Counted from the stretch's first letter, positions 52,870 through 62,846 are shown. The stretch: DNA of 64,000 nucleotides from an uncultured Actinomycetes bacterium (GCA_963758695.1 CAVWWM010000006.1:77167-141166), one strand, 5' to 3'. Program-made: numbers and translations. The notes: generated by a model from the sequence alone, not told the origin.

Positions 52870-54693
52870 ATGCAGAGACCAGTCACCTCGACCATCCCCG
52901 ATGCCCCGGGCGCCTATCTCTGGCGTGACCGTGACGGCAGGGTGCTCTACGTGGGCAAGGCGAATTCGCTCCGCAAGAGAATCGTCACCTACTTCACCCG
53001 CGACCTCGAGGCGAGAACGCAGGCGATGGTCGATACCGCCGAGAACGTCGATTGGATCGTCACCGACAGCGAGGTGTCGGCGGTGATGCTGGAGTACTCG
53101 CTGATCAAGGAGCACCGGCCCAGGTTCAACATCAGGCTCCGCGACGACAAGAGCTACCCCTACCTGGCGATCACCCGCTCGGACCGATGGCCGCGGGCCA
53201 GGGTGATGCGCGGTAAGCGGCGCAAAGGCACCCAGTACTTCGGGCCGTATGCCCACACCTACGCCATCAGGAAGACGCTCGACCAACTGCTGCGCACCTT
53301 CCCGATCCGCACCTGCTCGGACAGCCTCTTCCGCCGTCAGGAGGCTATGGGTCGCCCCTGCCTCCTCTATCACATCGAGAAGTGCTCGGGGCCATGCATC
53401 GACGCAGTGAACGATGAGGAGTACCAGAGCTACGTCGACGGATTGGCCGCCTTCCTCCAGGGTGACACCGACCAGGTGATCGCCGGGATGCGACGGGAGA
53501 TGTTCGCCGCAGCCGATGTCCAGGAGTACGAGGTGGCGGCCCGGTTCCGCGACAGGATCATCGACGTCGATCGTGCCCTTGCACGGCAGGAAGTCGTAAC
53601 CGACCGCTCCGAGGACCTCGACCTCGTGGCGCTCGAGGATGATCCGCTGGAAGCGTCGCTCCAAGTCATCAAGGTCCGACGGGGCCGTGTGGTGGGGAAC
53701 TTGAGCACCGTGCTCGACCGGGTCGAAGATGTCACCCGCGCCGAGCTGTTTGGTTCTGTATTGCGTGAGCTATACGGGGATGAACCTCCGCCTCGTACGG
53801 TTCTGGTCGAGGAACTGCCTCCCGACCACGACCTTTGGGAGGCGTGGCTCACCGAGAGGCGGGGCGGACCGGTGAAGCTGCGGGTGCCGCAGCGCGGTTC
53901 CAAGCGCCGGCTCATGGAGACAACGAGGGCGAACGCCGCCGAAGCCTTCGCCAGGCACCGGATGCGCCGCCAGTCGGACCACAACGCCCGGGCGCAGGCG
54001 CTGCGAAGCCTGCAAGATGTGCTCGACCTTCCCGAGGCGCCGCTTCGGATCGAGGCGTATGACATCGCGACGCTCCAGGGTGGTGACACGGTCGGCTCCA
54101 TGGTGGTCCTCGAAGACGGGCTTCCCAAGCGATCCGACTACCGCAGGTTCCGGGTCCGTACCGTGGTAGGGCAGGACGACTTTGCCTCGATGGAAGAGGT
54201 GCTCCGTCGACGGCTGCTCGCCTATCTGCGCGAGGTGGATCAGTCGCCCAACAGGAGAGGGCGATTCTCCTATCCGCCCTCGCTCATCCTCGTAGACGGT
54301 GGCGCCGGCCAGCTCGGGCGAGCCGAGAAGGTCCTCGACGAGCTGGGGCTCGACATCCCGGCAGCCGGGCTGGCGAAGAAAATGGAGGAGGTGTACTTGC
54401 CTGGCCGACCCGAGCCGCTGCGGATCCCGCGGGATCAGGAGGCTCTTTACCTTCTGCAGAGGGTGCGCGATGAAGCGCACCGTTTCGCCAATACGTATCA
54501 CCAGACGCTGCGGTCCCGGTCGATGATCGATTCGGTGCTCGACGACGTCCCCGGGCTGGGTCCGGTGCGGAAGAAGGCACTGCTCAGGAGATTCGGCTCG
54601 CTCAAGCGGCTCCGCACCGCTGAGATGGCAGAACTGGCCGATGTCGTCCCCGATGGGGTTGCCCAGTCGCTCTACGCTGCCCTCCATGGCTGA
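52870..54693 (+). CDS. uvrC: Excinuclease ABC subunit C, intact
   Basis: GIY-YIG N-terminus (GAYLWRDRDGRVLYVGKANSLRKRI), UVR domain, the RNase-H-like Endo-V region and a C-terminal HhH. Confidence 0.95.
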   Translation: MQRPVTSTIPDAPGAYLWRDRDGRVLYVGKANSLRKRIVTYFTRDLEARTQAMVDTAENVDWIVTDSEVSAVMLEYSLIKEHRPRFNIRLRDDKSYPYLAITRSDRWPRARVMRGKRRKGTQYFGPYAHTYAIRKTLDQLLRTFPIRTCSDSLFRRQEAMGRPCLLYHIEKCSGPCIDAVNDEEYQSYVDGLAAFLQGDTDQVIAGMRREMFAAADVQEYEVAARFRDRIIDVDRALARQEVVTDRSEDLDLVALEDDPLEASLQVIKVRRGRVVGNLSTVLDRVEDVTRAELFGSVLRELYGDEPPPRTVLVEELPPDHDLWEAWLTERRGGPVKLRVPQRGSKRRLMETTRANAAEAFARHRMRRQSDHNARAQALRSLQDVLDLPEAPLRIEAYDIATLQGGDTVGSMVVLEDGLPKRSDYRRFRVRTVVGQDDFASMEEVLRRRLLAYLREVDQSPNRRGRFSYPPSLILVDGGAGQLGRAEKVLDELGLDIPAAGLAKKMEEVYLPGRPEPLRIPRDQEALYLLQRVRDEAHRFANTYHQTLRSRSMIDSVLDDVPGLGPVRKKALLRRFGSLKRLRTAEMAELADVVPDGVAQSLYAALHG

Positions 54694-55597
54694 CGTGGTG
54701 ACTCCGTCCATCGAAGACCCCGAGACAGTCGCTACCGCCCCGCTCCAACCCAGGGTCATGGTGGTGACCGGGATGTCGGGTGCTGGACGTTCGACAGTGG
54801 CCAAGGTCCTGGAGGATCTCGGCTACTTCGTGATCGACAACCTCCCTCCCGGGTTGATGGGGGACGTCGTGGCACTCAACGACGTCCCCGAGGGTCGGAA
54901 GCGTCTGGCGGTCGTGGTTGATTCCCGGGGCGGGCTGCCCTCCGACGAGCTACAGGGCGCGGTCAACCGACTGCGTGCCGCCGGTGTGGAGACCACCGTC
55001 CTCTTCGTCGATGCGGATGACGCCGCCCTGGTGCGCCGATACTCGGAGAGTCGCCGTCCCCACCCGGTGCCTGCCGCCACCATCACCGAGTCGATAACCG
55101 CCGAGCGTGCTCTCCTCGGTGAGATACGGGAGGGCGCCGATCTGGTCATCGACACCACCGACACCAATGTCCATCAGCTGCGGCGCCAGGTGGAGGAGCG
55201 GTTTCGCGACCAGCCGGTAAGCCAACCGATGCAGGTGGCGCTGGTCACCTTTGGGTACAAGCACGGTGTCCCCCGCGAAGCGGACCTGGTATTCGACTGC
55301 CGGTTCCTTCCCAATCCCCACTGGGTCCCAGAACTCAGGCCGCAGACCGGGAAAGACACCGCCGTATCCGCGTACGTGATGGGTAACCCCGATGCCGTCG
55401 CCTTCCTCGACAGGGTGGAGGACTTACTCGAGTTCCTCCTTCCCCGGTTCCGAGAGGAGGCAAAGTCGTACCTCACCATCGCCATCGGTTGCACCGGAGG
55501 GCGACATCGCTCGGTCACACTCGCCGAGGAGTTGCGCCACTGGCTCGAGGAGCATCAGATCGCGGCCACCATCCGGCACCGGGACATCGACAGGTGA
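54686..55597 (+). CDS. rapZ: RNase adapter / P-loop NTPase RapZ (YvcJ)
   Basis: VMVVTGMSGAGRSTVAKVLEDLGYFVIDNLPP. ATG 54686 overlaps the uvrC stop. The uvrC-rapZ-yvcK order is conserved. Confidence 0.85.
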   Translation: MADVVTPSIEDPETVATAPLQPRVMVVTGMSGAGRSTVAKVLEDLGYFVIDNLPPGLMGDVVALNDVPEGRKRLAVVVDSRGGLPSDELQGAVNRLRAAGVETTVLFVDADDAALVRRYSESRRPHPVPAATITESITAERALLGEIREGADLVIDTTDTNVHQLRRQVEERFRDQPVSQPMQVALVTFGYKHGVPREADLVFDCRFLPNPHWVPELRPQTGKDTAVSAYVMGNPDAVAFLDRVEDLLEFLLPRFREEAKSYLTIAIGCTGGRHRSVTLAEELRHWLEEHQIAATIRHRDIDR

Positions 55598-56580
55598 ACA
55601 TCACCGAGCCGGCGGTGCAATTGGAGCCGCTGCGTCTCGATGAGAGCGGTCCCCGGGTCGTCGCACTAGGCGGTGGTCACGGCTTGGCCCGGGTGCTGGA
55701 GGCGGCGCAGAGCTACGCCGGCTCGATTTCTGCCGTGGTAACGGTGAGCGACGACGGTGGGTCGTCGGGGCGGTTGAGTGGCGACTTCGACATTCCACCG
55801 CCAGGCGACATCCGCCGCTGTCTATTGGCGCTGAGCCCGGAGCCAACCGTATGGGGCGAGGTCTTCGCTCACCGCTTCGACACGGGCGATGTCGCCGGCC
55901 ATTCGATGGGAAATCTGATCCTTGCCACGCTGAGCGACCTGTTGGGCGGGTTCGATTCGGCCATCCGTGCCGCCGAGGCGATGTTGGGCGCGGTGGGCCA
56001 CGTGATCCCGGTCGCCTGTCAGCGGCTCATCATGGAGGCCAGGGTCGCTGGCACCACCGTTTCAGGCCAGGCAGAGATCACCCGGGCTCGCGGCGGGATC
56101 GAATCGCTGTCGCTCGTTCCCGGCGACGTGACCGCCAACGCCGAGGCCATGGAGGCGATCGAAGCTGCCGACCAGATCATTCTCGGACCGGGAAGCCTCT
56201 ACACATCGGTGCTCTCGGTCCTGGTCGTTCCCGGGATCGCCGATGCGATCAACCACTCCCCGGCGCAACGGGTGGCGGTTCTCAACCTCATGACCCAGGA
56301 CGGCGAGACCCTGGGGATGAAGGCTCTCGATCACCTAGAAGTGCTCAGCCGACACGGAGGGGTCGATGGGGGGGCGGTCATCGCCCACGATGGAGTCCTC
56401 GCCGTCCCCCCCGGGCACGACCAGTTGATCCTCGATCGACACGAGTCGGCCGCCCTGGGTTGGGAGATGACGGCCGCCCGGATCGACGACCCCGATGCGG
56501 AGTGGCCCCAGCACGATCCCATCCGGCTCGGTGAGGTGCTCGCCGCGCTCGGCGGAGAAGAGGGGGAGCGGTTGAGCGGT
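55594..56580 (+). CDS. yvcK: YvcK/CofD-family gluconeogenesis factor (CuvA-like); no stop codon before the downstream pgk in this frame
   Basis: VVALGGGHGL...VTVSDDGGSSGRL...GHSMGNLILA...ILGPGSLYTSVL...HDPIRLGEVLAAL. GTG 55594 overlaps the rapZ stop. The frame runs on into PGK; an alternative TGA at 56573 exists in the +1 frame. Confidence 0.75.
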
Positions 56581-57747
56581 GTGCCGACCCTCGACGACGT
56601 CGACATCCCGCGGCGAGTCCTGGTGCGGGCCGACCTCAACGTACCGCTCGACGATGGCCAGGTGGCAGACGACTTCAGGATCGTCGCCAGCCTTCCCACC
56701 ATCGAACGGCTCCGAGAGGAAGGCTCCGTGGTGACGGTGTGTAGCCATCTGGGAAGACCGAAAGGCCCTGATCCTGCGTTTCGGATGGATCCCGTCGGTA
56801 ACCGCCTCTCTGAGCTTGGCGGCTTCCCCGTCACCAAGCTCGACGTTGTGGCGGGCGACGCCGCCGAGGCGGCGGTGGCGGAGGCGGTACCGGGCGATGT
56901 CATTCTGTTGGAGAACACCAGGTTCGAGGCAGGCGAGACCAAGAACGACCCCTCGCTCGCCGAGCAGTTGGCGAGGCTGGGCGACCTCTTCGTCCTCGAT
57001 GCCTTTGGCTCGGCGCATCGGGCACACGCATCCACGGTGGGGGTGACCGAGCTCGTTCGCTCGGTTGGCGGACCGCTCCTGCTGGCCGAGGTGGAGGCCT
57101 TCGGACGGTTGCTCGGTTCCCCGGACGCTCCCTACGTCGTCGTCCTCGGCGGCGCCAAGGTGTCGGACAAGCTGGGCGTGATCGGTTCGCTTTTACACAG
57201 AGTCGACGTCCTGCTCATCGGCGGCGGGATGTGCTTCACCCTGCTCGCTTCCCAAGGTCGGGAGGTCGGAGATTCTCTGCTGGAGAGGGACAGGATCGAA
57301 GAGGTCAGGGCAATCCTCGACAGCGAACACGGTGACAAGATCGTGCTCCCAACGGACATCGTCGTCGCCGACCGTCTCGCGGAGGACGCGACTCCTTCGG
57401 TGGTCGATGTCGGGGACCTCGCGCCGGGCACGATCGGGCTCGACATCGGCCCAGAAACGGCTGCGCGGTTCGCCGCAGAGATCGCATCGGGCGCCACGGT
57501 GTTCTGGAACGGTCCGATGGGTGTGTTCGAGTGGGACTCGTTCGCCGCAGGGACCCGTCGGGTAGCCGAGGCGATCGCCGACCACCCGGGTTTCACCGTG
57601 GTTGGTGGCGGTGACTCGGTGGCCGCCATGCGCCAGTTCGGGTTGGAGGAGAGGGTCTCGCATCTCTCCACGGGAGGAGGGGCAGGTCTCGAGATGCTCG
57701 AGGGGGTCACCCTCCCCGGGGTTGCCGCGCTGGAGCGATGGGGATGA
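56581..57747 (+). CDS. pgk: Phosphoglycerate kinase (in this assembly continuous with the yvcK frame)
   Basis: A candidate GTG at 56581 has the purine-rich agggggag 9-12 nt upstream. VPTLDDVDIPRRVLVRADLNVPLDDGQVADDFRI is the PGK N-terminus, followed by FRMDP, NTRFEAGETKND, VVLGGAKVSDKLGVI and the C-terminal GGGA. Confidence 0.85.
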   Translation: MPTLDDVDIPRRVLVRADLNVPLDDGQVADDFRIVASLPTIERLREEGSVVTVCSHLGRPKGPDPAFRMDPVGNRLSELGGFPVTKLDVVAGDAAEAAVAEAVPGDVILLENTRFEAGETKNDPSLAEQLARLGDLFVLDAFGSAHRAHASTVGVTELVRSVGGPLLLAEVEAFGRLLGSPDAPYVVVLGGAKVSDKLGVIGSLLHRVDVLLIGGGMCFTLLASQGREVGDSLLERDRIEEVRAILDSEHGDKIVLPTDIVVADRLAEDATPSVVDVGDLAPGTIGLDIGPETAARFAAEIASGATVFWNGPMGVFEWDSFAAGTRRVAEAIADHPGFTVVGGGDSVAAMRQFGLEERVSHLSTGGGAGLEMLEGVTLPGVAALERWG

Positions 57748-57750
57748 TTG

Positions 57751-58524
57751 ATGGACCGTAAACCTCTCATCGCCGGGAACTGGAAGATGAACGCCACCCA
57801 TCTCGAGACGATCCAGATGGTGCAGAAGCTCAGCTACCGGCTCGACCCCGACTGCTACGAGCGGGTCGATGTAGTCATCTGCCCGCCGGCGACGGCGCTG
57901 CGTTCGGCACAGACCGTTATCGAGACCGACCACATGAGCATCATCCTTGGTGCGCAGAACTGCCACTGGGAGGAGAAGGGCGCCTTCACCGGCGAGGTCT
58001 CACCCTCGATGCTGGCCAAGCTCGACGTCGGCTACGTGATCGCCGGCCATTCCGAGCGGCGCCAGCTTTTCGGGGAGACCGACGATATGGTCAACCGCAA
58101 GGTGAAGGCGATCTTGGCCCATTCGATGTTCCCCATCATGTGTGTCGGTGAGACGTTGCAGCAACGGGAGGAAGGGCTCACTGCGGACGTGGTAACGAAT
58201 CAAATCGAAGCCGGTCTGCGCGGGATCTCGACCGAATCTGCCGGCTCGATCGCCATCGCCTATGAACCGATATGGGCGATTGGAACCGGGCGCAACGCAT
58301 CGGCCGAGGACGCCGCAGAGACGATCGACGTCATCCGAGGGACTGTCGCGAGGATTTGGAGCGATGACGCCGCCGCGACCGTCCGCATCCTCTACGGCGG
58401 TTCGGTCAACCCGGGAAACATCGCCGGCTTCATGGCGAAACGAGGCGTCGACGGAGCCCTAGTCGGCGGCGCCTCCCTCGAGCCCGACACCTTCGCCGCC
58501 GTCATCCAATATTGGAGGAACTAA
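57751..58524 (+). CDS. tpiA: Triosephosphate isomerase
   Basis: IAGNWKMN, GAQNCHWEEKGAFTGE, IAGHSERR, AYEPIWAIGTG, YGGSVNPGN. Confidence 0.95.
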   Translation: MDRKPLIAGNWKMNATHLETIQMVQKLSYRLDPDCYERVDVVICPPATALRSAQTVIETDHMSIILGAQNCHWEEKGAFTGEVSPSMLAKLDVGYVIAGHSERRQLFGETDDMVNRKVKAILAHSMFPIMCVGETLQQREEGLTADVVTNQIEAGLRGISTESAGSIAIAYEPIWAIGTGRNASAEDAAETIDVIRGTVARIWSDDAAATVRILYGGSVNPGNIAGFMAKRGVDGALVGGASLEPDTFAAVIQYWRN

Positions 58525-58718
58525 AGGGCACGATTCGGTGCCCAGGACCAACGCCCAAAGGAGCGCTCTGACCAGGGGACCTCTGGGGACAGTCTCTTCG
58601 TCAGCGTTCATTGGGCGGCACGACATCCGCGGACGTTGCGAGGCGGGTATGACACGTCGTCCGAAATCCTCAACTTTGGGGATGAGCCAATGGGCGAGAT
58701 TGCGGACAATGATCCTTG

Positions 58719-58817
58719 ATGATCAAACTTCACACCACGCGCTGCCCCGTCTGCGACGGGTGGACGACCTTTGGCGATGGGCCTTGCGGTCTGTGCCAGA
58801 TGGAGAGCGCGGCATAA
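58719..58817 (+). CDS. Candidate 32-aa zinc-ribbon micropeptide (speculative)
   Basis: ATG 58719 gives MIKLHTTRCPVCDGWTTFGDGPCGLCQMESAA-stop, with a CPxC-x11-CGLC arrangement. It is in a lower-GC segment and overlaps an unremarkable 145-aa ORF in another frame. Confidence 0.2.
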   Translation: MIKLHTTRCPVCDGWTTFGDGPCGLCQMESAA

Positions 58818-58971
58818 AGTTCGAGGGCGCCACGAGGTCTGTGTGCCTCATAGTCGGTGATATTCCCCCTGCCCGATGCCCTCGTACGACCACCTCCCGG
58901 CTCGTGATAACGGCGTCGAAATCATCAATCCTGACGATGGCACGAGTAGGCCCGTATCGCATGATCGAACA

Positions 58972-59187
58972 ATGACAGAGAGACCATTCACGAACGATGA
59001 CGTGCCGGCGAGGGTGCGTGCCGAGCACAACGCCCGCTGGATCATGTTGGAGGAAGATCGGCAGCGCCGACTGCTCGAGGGACAGAAGCGGTGGAAGCGA
59101 ATCAAGCGAGTCATGATCATCGCATTCGTCTCCGCCGTTGGCTCGGGGTACCTCTGGGGGTGGATAGATTCGGCGTCGAGTCTGTGA
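58972..59187 (+). CDS. Small hypothetical protein with a C-terminal TM helix (speculative)
   Basis: MTERPFTNDDVPARVRAEHNARWIMLEEDRQRRLLEGQKRWKRIKRVMIIAFVSAVGSGYLWGWI. In a lower-GC segment; no homology. Confidence 0.25.
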   Translation: MTERPFTNDDVPARVRAEHNARWIMLEEDRQRRLLEGQKRWKRIKRVMIIAFVSAVGSGYLWGWIDSASSL

Positions 59188-59334
59188 TAGGCACAGGTAT
59201 CAAGAAGGTCATCACCGCAACGCTCGTCTCGCCAGGTACCGCAGTCGCCGGCTAGCGACGCTTCAAGCTTGCAGTCGGAACTGATCGGTCGCCGCGGCAC
59301 TGGAAGAACTGAGAAGTCCGCGACTAGTGCCTGG

Positions 59335-59877
59335 TCACTCCTCGATGGTGGTCGCCTCGGCGTCGAGTAGGACGGCGGCTTCCTCGTCGAGCATGGCGCC
59401 GACCTCGGAGGCGACGCCTCGGATCACCACCCGCCTGACCTCGAGCTCTTCGAGCAGCCGCTTTGCCTTTTCCACTTCGGTGGCGGCAACGTTCGCCACC
59501 AGTGCGGACTCGCCTGGTGCCAGTTCCTCGCCGAGCGCCTTGAGGTCGTCGTCCTCGTAGCCCTTGTCACGAAGCTTGGCAACGAGCGCCCCGATCCCTG
59601 CGCCGATTGGGGCACCGAGGAGCGCCACCGGCCCCAGCATGATTCCCAACAGCCCGGCCACGGCCCCGAAACCGAACCCGACAACGGCCCCCTCGGCAGC
59701 GCCGGAATCGTGGGTCTCCGCCCAATGGACTGCCCCGTCCTGCTCCCTGCGGATCACAGCCGCCATGGTGATGCCGTTCTCGCCCAGCGCCGGGACCAAA
59801 GTGGCCAGGGCCCGAGTCGCCTCATCGGGTCCGCTGAAGGTTGCCGCCAGCAGCTGCAAGTCACCTTCGCTCATCAT
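59335..59877 (-). CDS. Hypothetical membrane protein with a Gly-rich hydrophobic core (DUF1269-like?)
   Basis: Intact 180-aa ORF. The central VVGFGFGAVAGLLGIMLGPVALLGAPIGAGIGALVA is flanked by acidic segments. Family assignment is tentative. Confidence 0.45.
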   Translation of the reverse strand: MMSEGDLQLLAATFSGPDEATRALATLVPALGENGITMAAVIRREQDGAVHWAETHDSGAAEGAVVGFGFGAVAGLLGIMLGPVALLGAPIGAGIGALVAKLRDKGYEDDDLKALGEELAPGESALVANVAATEVEKAKRLLEELEVRRVVIRGVASEVGAMLDEEAAVLLDAEATTIEE

Positions 59878-59978
59878 CTGCTCCCTCTCGCGAGCCGATC
59901 ACGGTAACGAGATCGCCCGATTGCATGCCGCTGGGGGGCCCCATGGGATGGAAGCGGGTGCCTGTCTAGTCTCCGATC

Positions 59979-60722
59979 ATGACGACCACCCTGGTGATGA
60001 TCCGTCATGGCCAGTCCACCTGGAACCTGGAGAACCTGTTCACCGGTTGGACAGATGTCGACCTCACCGAGCGCGGTATCGCCGAGGCGGAGACCGCCGG
60101 GTCAGTGCTGGCAGCCGAGGGATACCACTTCGACGTGGTCCATACCTCGGTTCTAGTGCGGGCGATCCGCACCGCCGAGATCGTCCTCCACAAGATGGGT
60201 CTGTCATGGATCGACGTCCGTCGCCACTGGAGGTTGAACGAGCGGCACTACGGGGCTCTCCAAGGGCTCAACAAGAAGGAGACCGCCGAACGCCACGGCG
60301 CCGAGCAGGTCCTGCTGTGGAGGCGGAGCTACGACGTCCCCCCTCCGCCGCTAGATCCGGATGACGAGAGACACCCCCGGCATGACCCCCGTTACTACTG
60401 GCTGCCGCCTGACGCCGTCCCCGCCACCGAATGCCTCGCCGATGTTGTCGACCGGATGCTTCCCTATTGGTACGACCAGATCGTGCCCGATCTGAGGGCG
60501 GGTCGGAGAGTGGTGTTGGTGGCACACGGCAACAGCATGCGGGCGTTGGTGAAGCACCTCGACGGCATCAGCGATGAGGAGATCGTCGGGGTCAACATCC
60601 CGACCGGGGTCCCGTTGGTTTACCGGCTCGACGATCGGTTGGCTCGGATCGAGAGCTTCTATCTGGGCGATCCGGCCGCGGTGGCGGCGGCGTCCGAGGC
60701 GGTGGCGCGACAGGCCGGCTGA
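59979..60722 (+). CDS. gpmA: 2,3-bisphosphoglycerate-dependent phosphoglycerate mutase
   Basis: [29 protein letters not shown] (RHG catalytic His), [25 protein letters not shown]. Confidence 0.9.
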   Translation: MTTTLVMIRHGQSTWNLENLFTGWTDVDLTERGIAEAETAGSVLAAEGYHFDVVHTSVLVRAIRTAEIVLHKMGLSWIDVRRHWRLNERHYGALQGLNKKETAERHGAEQVLLWRRSYDVPPPPLDPDDERHPRHDPRYYWLPPDAVPATECLADVVDRMLPYWYDQIVPDLRAGRRVVLVAHGNSMRALVKHLDGISDEEIVGVNIPTGVPLVYRLDDRLARIESFYLGDPAAVAAASEAVARQAG

Positions 60723-60818
60723 CCTTGTCGGATAGTTGCCATCGGCTGTGAATTGGGCGCCTGGGGTGGCATACTTGTGTTCTCCGCGCCGATCAAGTGA
60801 GTGGCGCGGGCAACCACC

Positions 60819-61055
60819 ATGAACGTCGTCACCATCGCCCTCATCGTCCTCCAGGTCATCGTTTCGATTGCCCTGATCGTGCTGATCCTGCTCCACGCCG
60901 GGCGCGGTGGCGGCCTGTCCGACATGTTCGGCGGCGGGATGGGCCCGCTCTCCAGCGGCTCGACCGTGGTCGAACGCAATCTCGACCGGCTCACCGTGGT
61001 CGTCGGCGTGGCGTTCGGCATCACCACGATGCTTCTCGCCTGGCTCCTCGGCTGA
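60819..61055 (+). CDS. secG: Preprotein translocase subunit SecG
   Basis: MNVVTIALIVLQVIVSIALIVLILLHAGRGGGLSDMFGGG...GSTVVERNLDRLTVVVGVAF closely parallels Mtb SecG (LLHRAKGGGLSTLFGGG...STVVEKNLDRLT). Alternative start 60801. Confidence 0.85.
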   Translation: MNVVTIALIVLQVIVSIALIVLILLHAGRGGGLSDMFGGGMGPLSSGSTVVERNLDRLTVVVGVAFGITTMLLAWLLG

Positions 61056-61067
61056 GTCTCTCCGTAT

Positions 61068-62780
61068 ATGGCTTTGTTTCGGCGCGTCCTTTGTTTGGTA
61101 TTGATCCTTTCGCTGTCGGCTACTCCGGCGATGGCGACGACCGGGGTTCCGACCGACGTTGCCGGCGGGCGAGCAACGGTGGCCATGGTCGAGAGTCCCA
61201 CATCGCTCAACCCGCTGGTCGATGGATCGGATGCGATCGTGCAACTCCGTTCGTTGCTCTGGGCGGCTCCTTTCCGGCTCGACCCGGAGACTCTTAGACC
61301 CGAGCCCTGGTTGGTCCTTCGCCTCCCGACCCGTGAGAGCGGTGACCTCCGGGTGATGGCTGATAGCACTCTGCGTGTGATCCTTCGGATCCGCCCCGAA
61401 GCCAAATGGGACGACGGGACACCGGTCACTGCCGACGACTTCGTCTTCACACACGAGGTGATGACCGGCCCGTACGTGGCCGATGATCTCAGCCCCGCTC
61501 ACGATGAGGTGGTGCCTGGCTCGGTGACGGGGGAGGACAGGAGGGTCGAGTTCCGGCTATCCAGCCCTTCGTTGGATTGGCTCGAGGCCTTTCCGTTCCT
61601 CCTACCGTCTCATGCGCTTTCCGGTTCCGATGCGATCGGAGACTGGACTTCTTGGCCGAGTGCCGCTCCTTTCCGTGTCGATACGCACGTACCTGGCAGC
61701 CATCTGCTGCTGGAGAGGAACCCGCATTATTGGGAGCAGGATGAGGCGGGTCGTTCGCTGCCATATCTCTCCCAGCTCGACATCGTTTTCACCGACGGCA
61801 CAAGGGCATTGGAGGACGGATTCCAGCGAGGACGCTTTGATGTGATTGGGACCGATCCGGGCTCGGCAACACGTTTGGCGACGCTTCCTGGTGCGGCCAC
61901 ATATGCGATGCCCGGCGAGGACTGGGAGCATCTCGCCTTCGAAGTGGGTCCTGGTCGGGAGATCCGCAACCCCGAGTCCCTCGTGGGCGAACTCGAGTTC
62001 CGAAAGGCGATCGCCATGGCGCTCGACAGAACCCGTATCGCCGAGGCGGCGGGAGTCTCCAGCGAGGAGCTGGCCTCATCGGCGGTGACGCAGGGCGCCA
62101 GACCGGAAGGGCCGTGGAGCATGTACCACCACGACCCAGCCGCCGCCCGTGATCAGCTGAAGGCTCTGCAGCGCAGGCTCGGTCCCGGAACCGAATTGTC
62201 CTTGGTGCTGTCTGTCAGCGACTCGCCGCCGCGCCGCCGCGTGGCTGCTGCCATCGAACGTCAGCTTGAAGCGGTTGGAATCGATGTCACTGTGGAGAGA
62301 CTGGACGTGACCAGTCTCTTCGCCGACCGGGTGATTCCGGGCACGTTCGAGACAGCGACCTGGGCTTGGGTGACGACACCGGGGCCGGCCGGGTCGGTGG
62401 ACGACGCCATCGAGTGGTTCTTCACCTCGCCGGAGGACGGCGGCTACCAGTTCGCCGGCTGGGGGATCGACGGTGTGGGCGGGACCGACCTCGCATCGTC
62501 GGGAGGCGATCTCAGCGAGGTGTTCGACCTCAGCGACGCGGTTGCCGCCCTCGACAACGTGGATCAGGCCGTGGCCGAGCAGGCCCTCCTCATACCTCTC
62601 TACCGCTCGGTCGACGCGGCGGTGGTCCGAACTTCCCGTATTTACGGCTTCACCCCCGGACATGGCCTCCTCAGCGGGGCGGCACGGTGGTTCATCCCCG
62701 AGGGAGCACGCGGCCTCGAACGGTATACTTTCCTTCTCGGGCCGCCTCCGGCCCGCACCCACGTCGGAGTGGCGGAATAG
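61068..62780 (+). CDS. ABC transporter substrate-binding protein, family 5 (peptide/nickel type), with signal peptide
   Basis: A signal peptide is followed by an SBP_bac_5-like domain, intact over 570 aa. The last 18 nt of the ORF overlap the predicted tRNA-Leu 5' end, so the real stop may be earlier, or the overlap is tolerated. Confidence 0.65.
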   Translation: MALFRRVLCLVLILSLSATPAMATTGVPTDVAGGRATVAMVESPTSLNPLVDGSDAIVQLRSLLWAAPFRLDPETLRPEPWLVLRLPTRESGDLRVMADSTLRVILRIRPEAKWDDGTPVTADDFVFTHEVMTGPYVADDLSPAHDEVVPGSVTGEDRRVEFRLSSPSLDWLEAFPFLLPSHALSGSDAIGDWTSWPSAAPFRVDTHVPGSHLLLERNPHYWEQDEAGRSLPYLSQLDIVFTDGTRALEDGFQRGRFDVIGTDPGSATRLATLPGAATYAMPGEDWEHLAFEVGPGREIRNPESLVGELEFRKAIAMALDRTRIAEAAGVSSEELASSAVTQGARPEGPWSMYHHDPAAARDQLKALQRRLGPGTELSLVLSVSDSPPRRRVAAAIERQLEAVGIDVTVERLDVTSLFADRVIPGTFETATWAWVTTPGPAGSVDDAIEWFFTSPEDGGYQFAGWGIDGVGGTDLASSGGDLSEVFDLSDAVAALDNVDQAVAEQALLIPLYRSVDAAVVRTSRIYGFTPGHGLLSGAARWFIPEGARGLERYTFLLGPPPARTHVGVAE

Positions 62781-62846
62781 GCAGACGCGCTAGGTTGAGG
62801 GCCTAGTGTCCTTAGGGACGTGGGGGTTCAAGTCCCCCCTCCGACA
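62763..62846 (+). tRNA. tRNA-Leu, anticodon GAG
   Basis: gtcggag-tg-gcg-gaataggcaga-cgc-g-ctagg-TTGAGGG-cctag-(variable arm tgtccttagggacgt)-ggggg-ttcaagt-ccccc-ctccgac-a. This closely parallels E. coli tRNA-Leu. GAG is at positions 34-36. Confidence 0.85.

Noticed and set aside
56560-56585. Treating YvcK-PGK as a proven natural fusion protein
   Set aside because: A candidate GTG at 56581 preceded by agggggag 9-12 nt upstream, and a +1-frame TGA at 56573, allow a simple lost-stop explanation in an assembly that is visibly indel-prone. It is reported as an open question instead.
58538-58975. 145-aa ORF as the real gene in the low-GC insert
   Set aside because: It is Arg-rich with no domain signature and overlaps the more structured 32-aa Cys-quartet ORF. 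Neither is confirmed; both are kept at low confidence.
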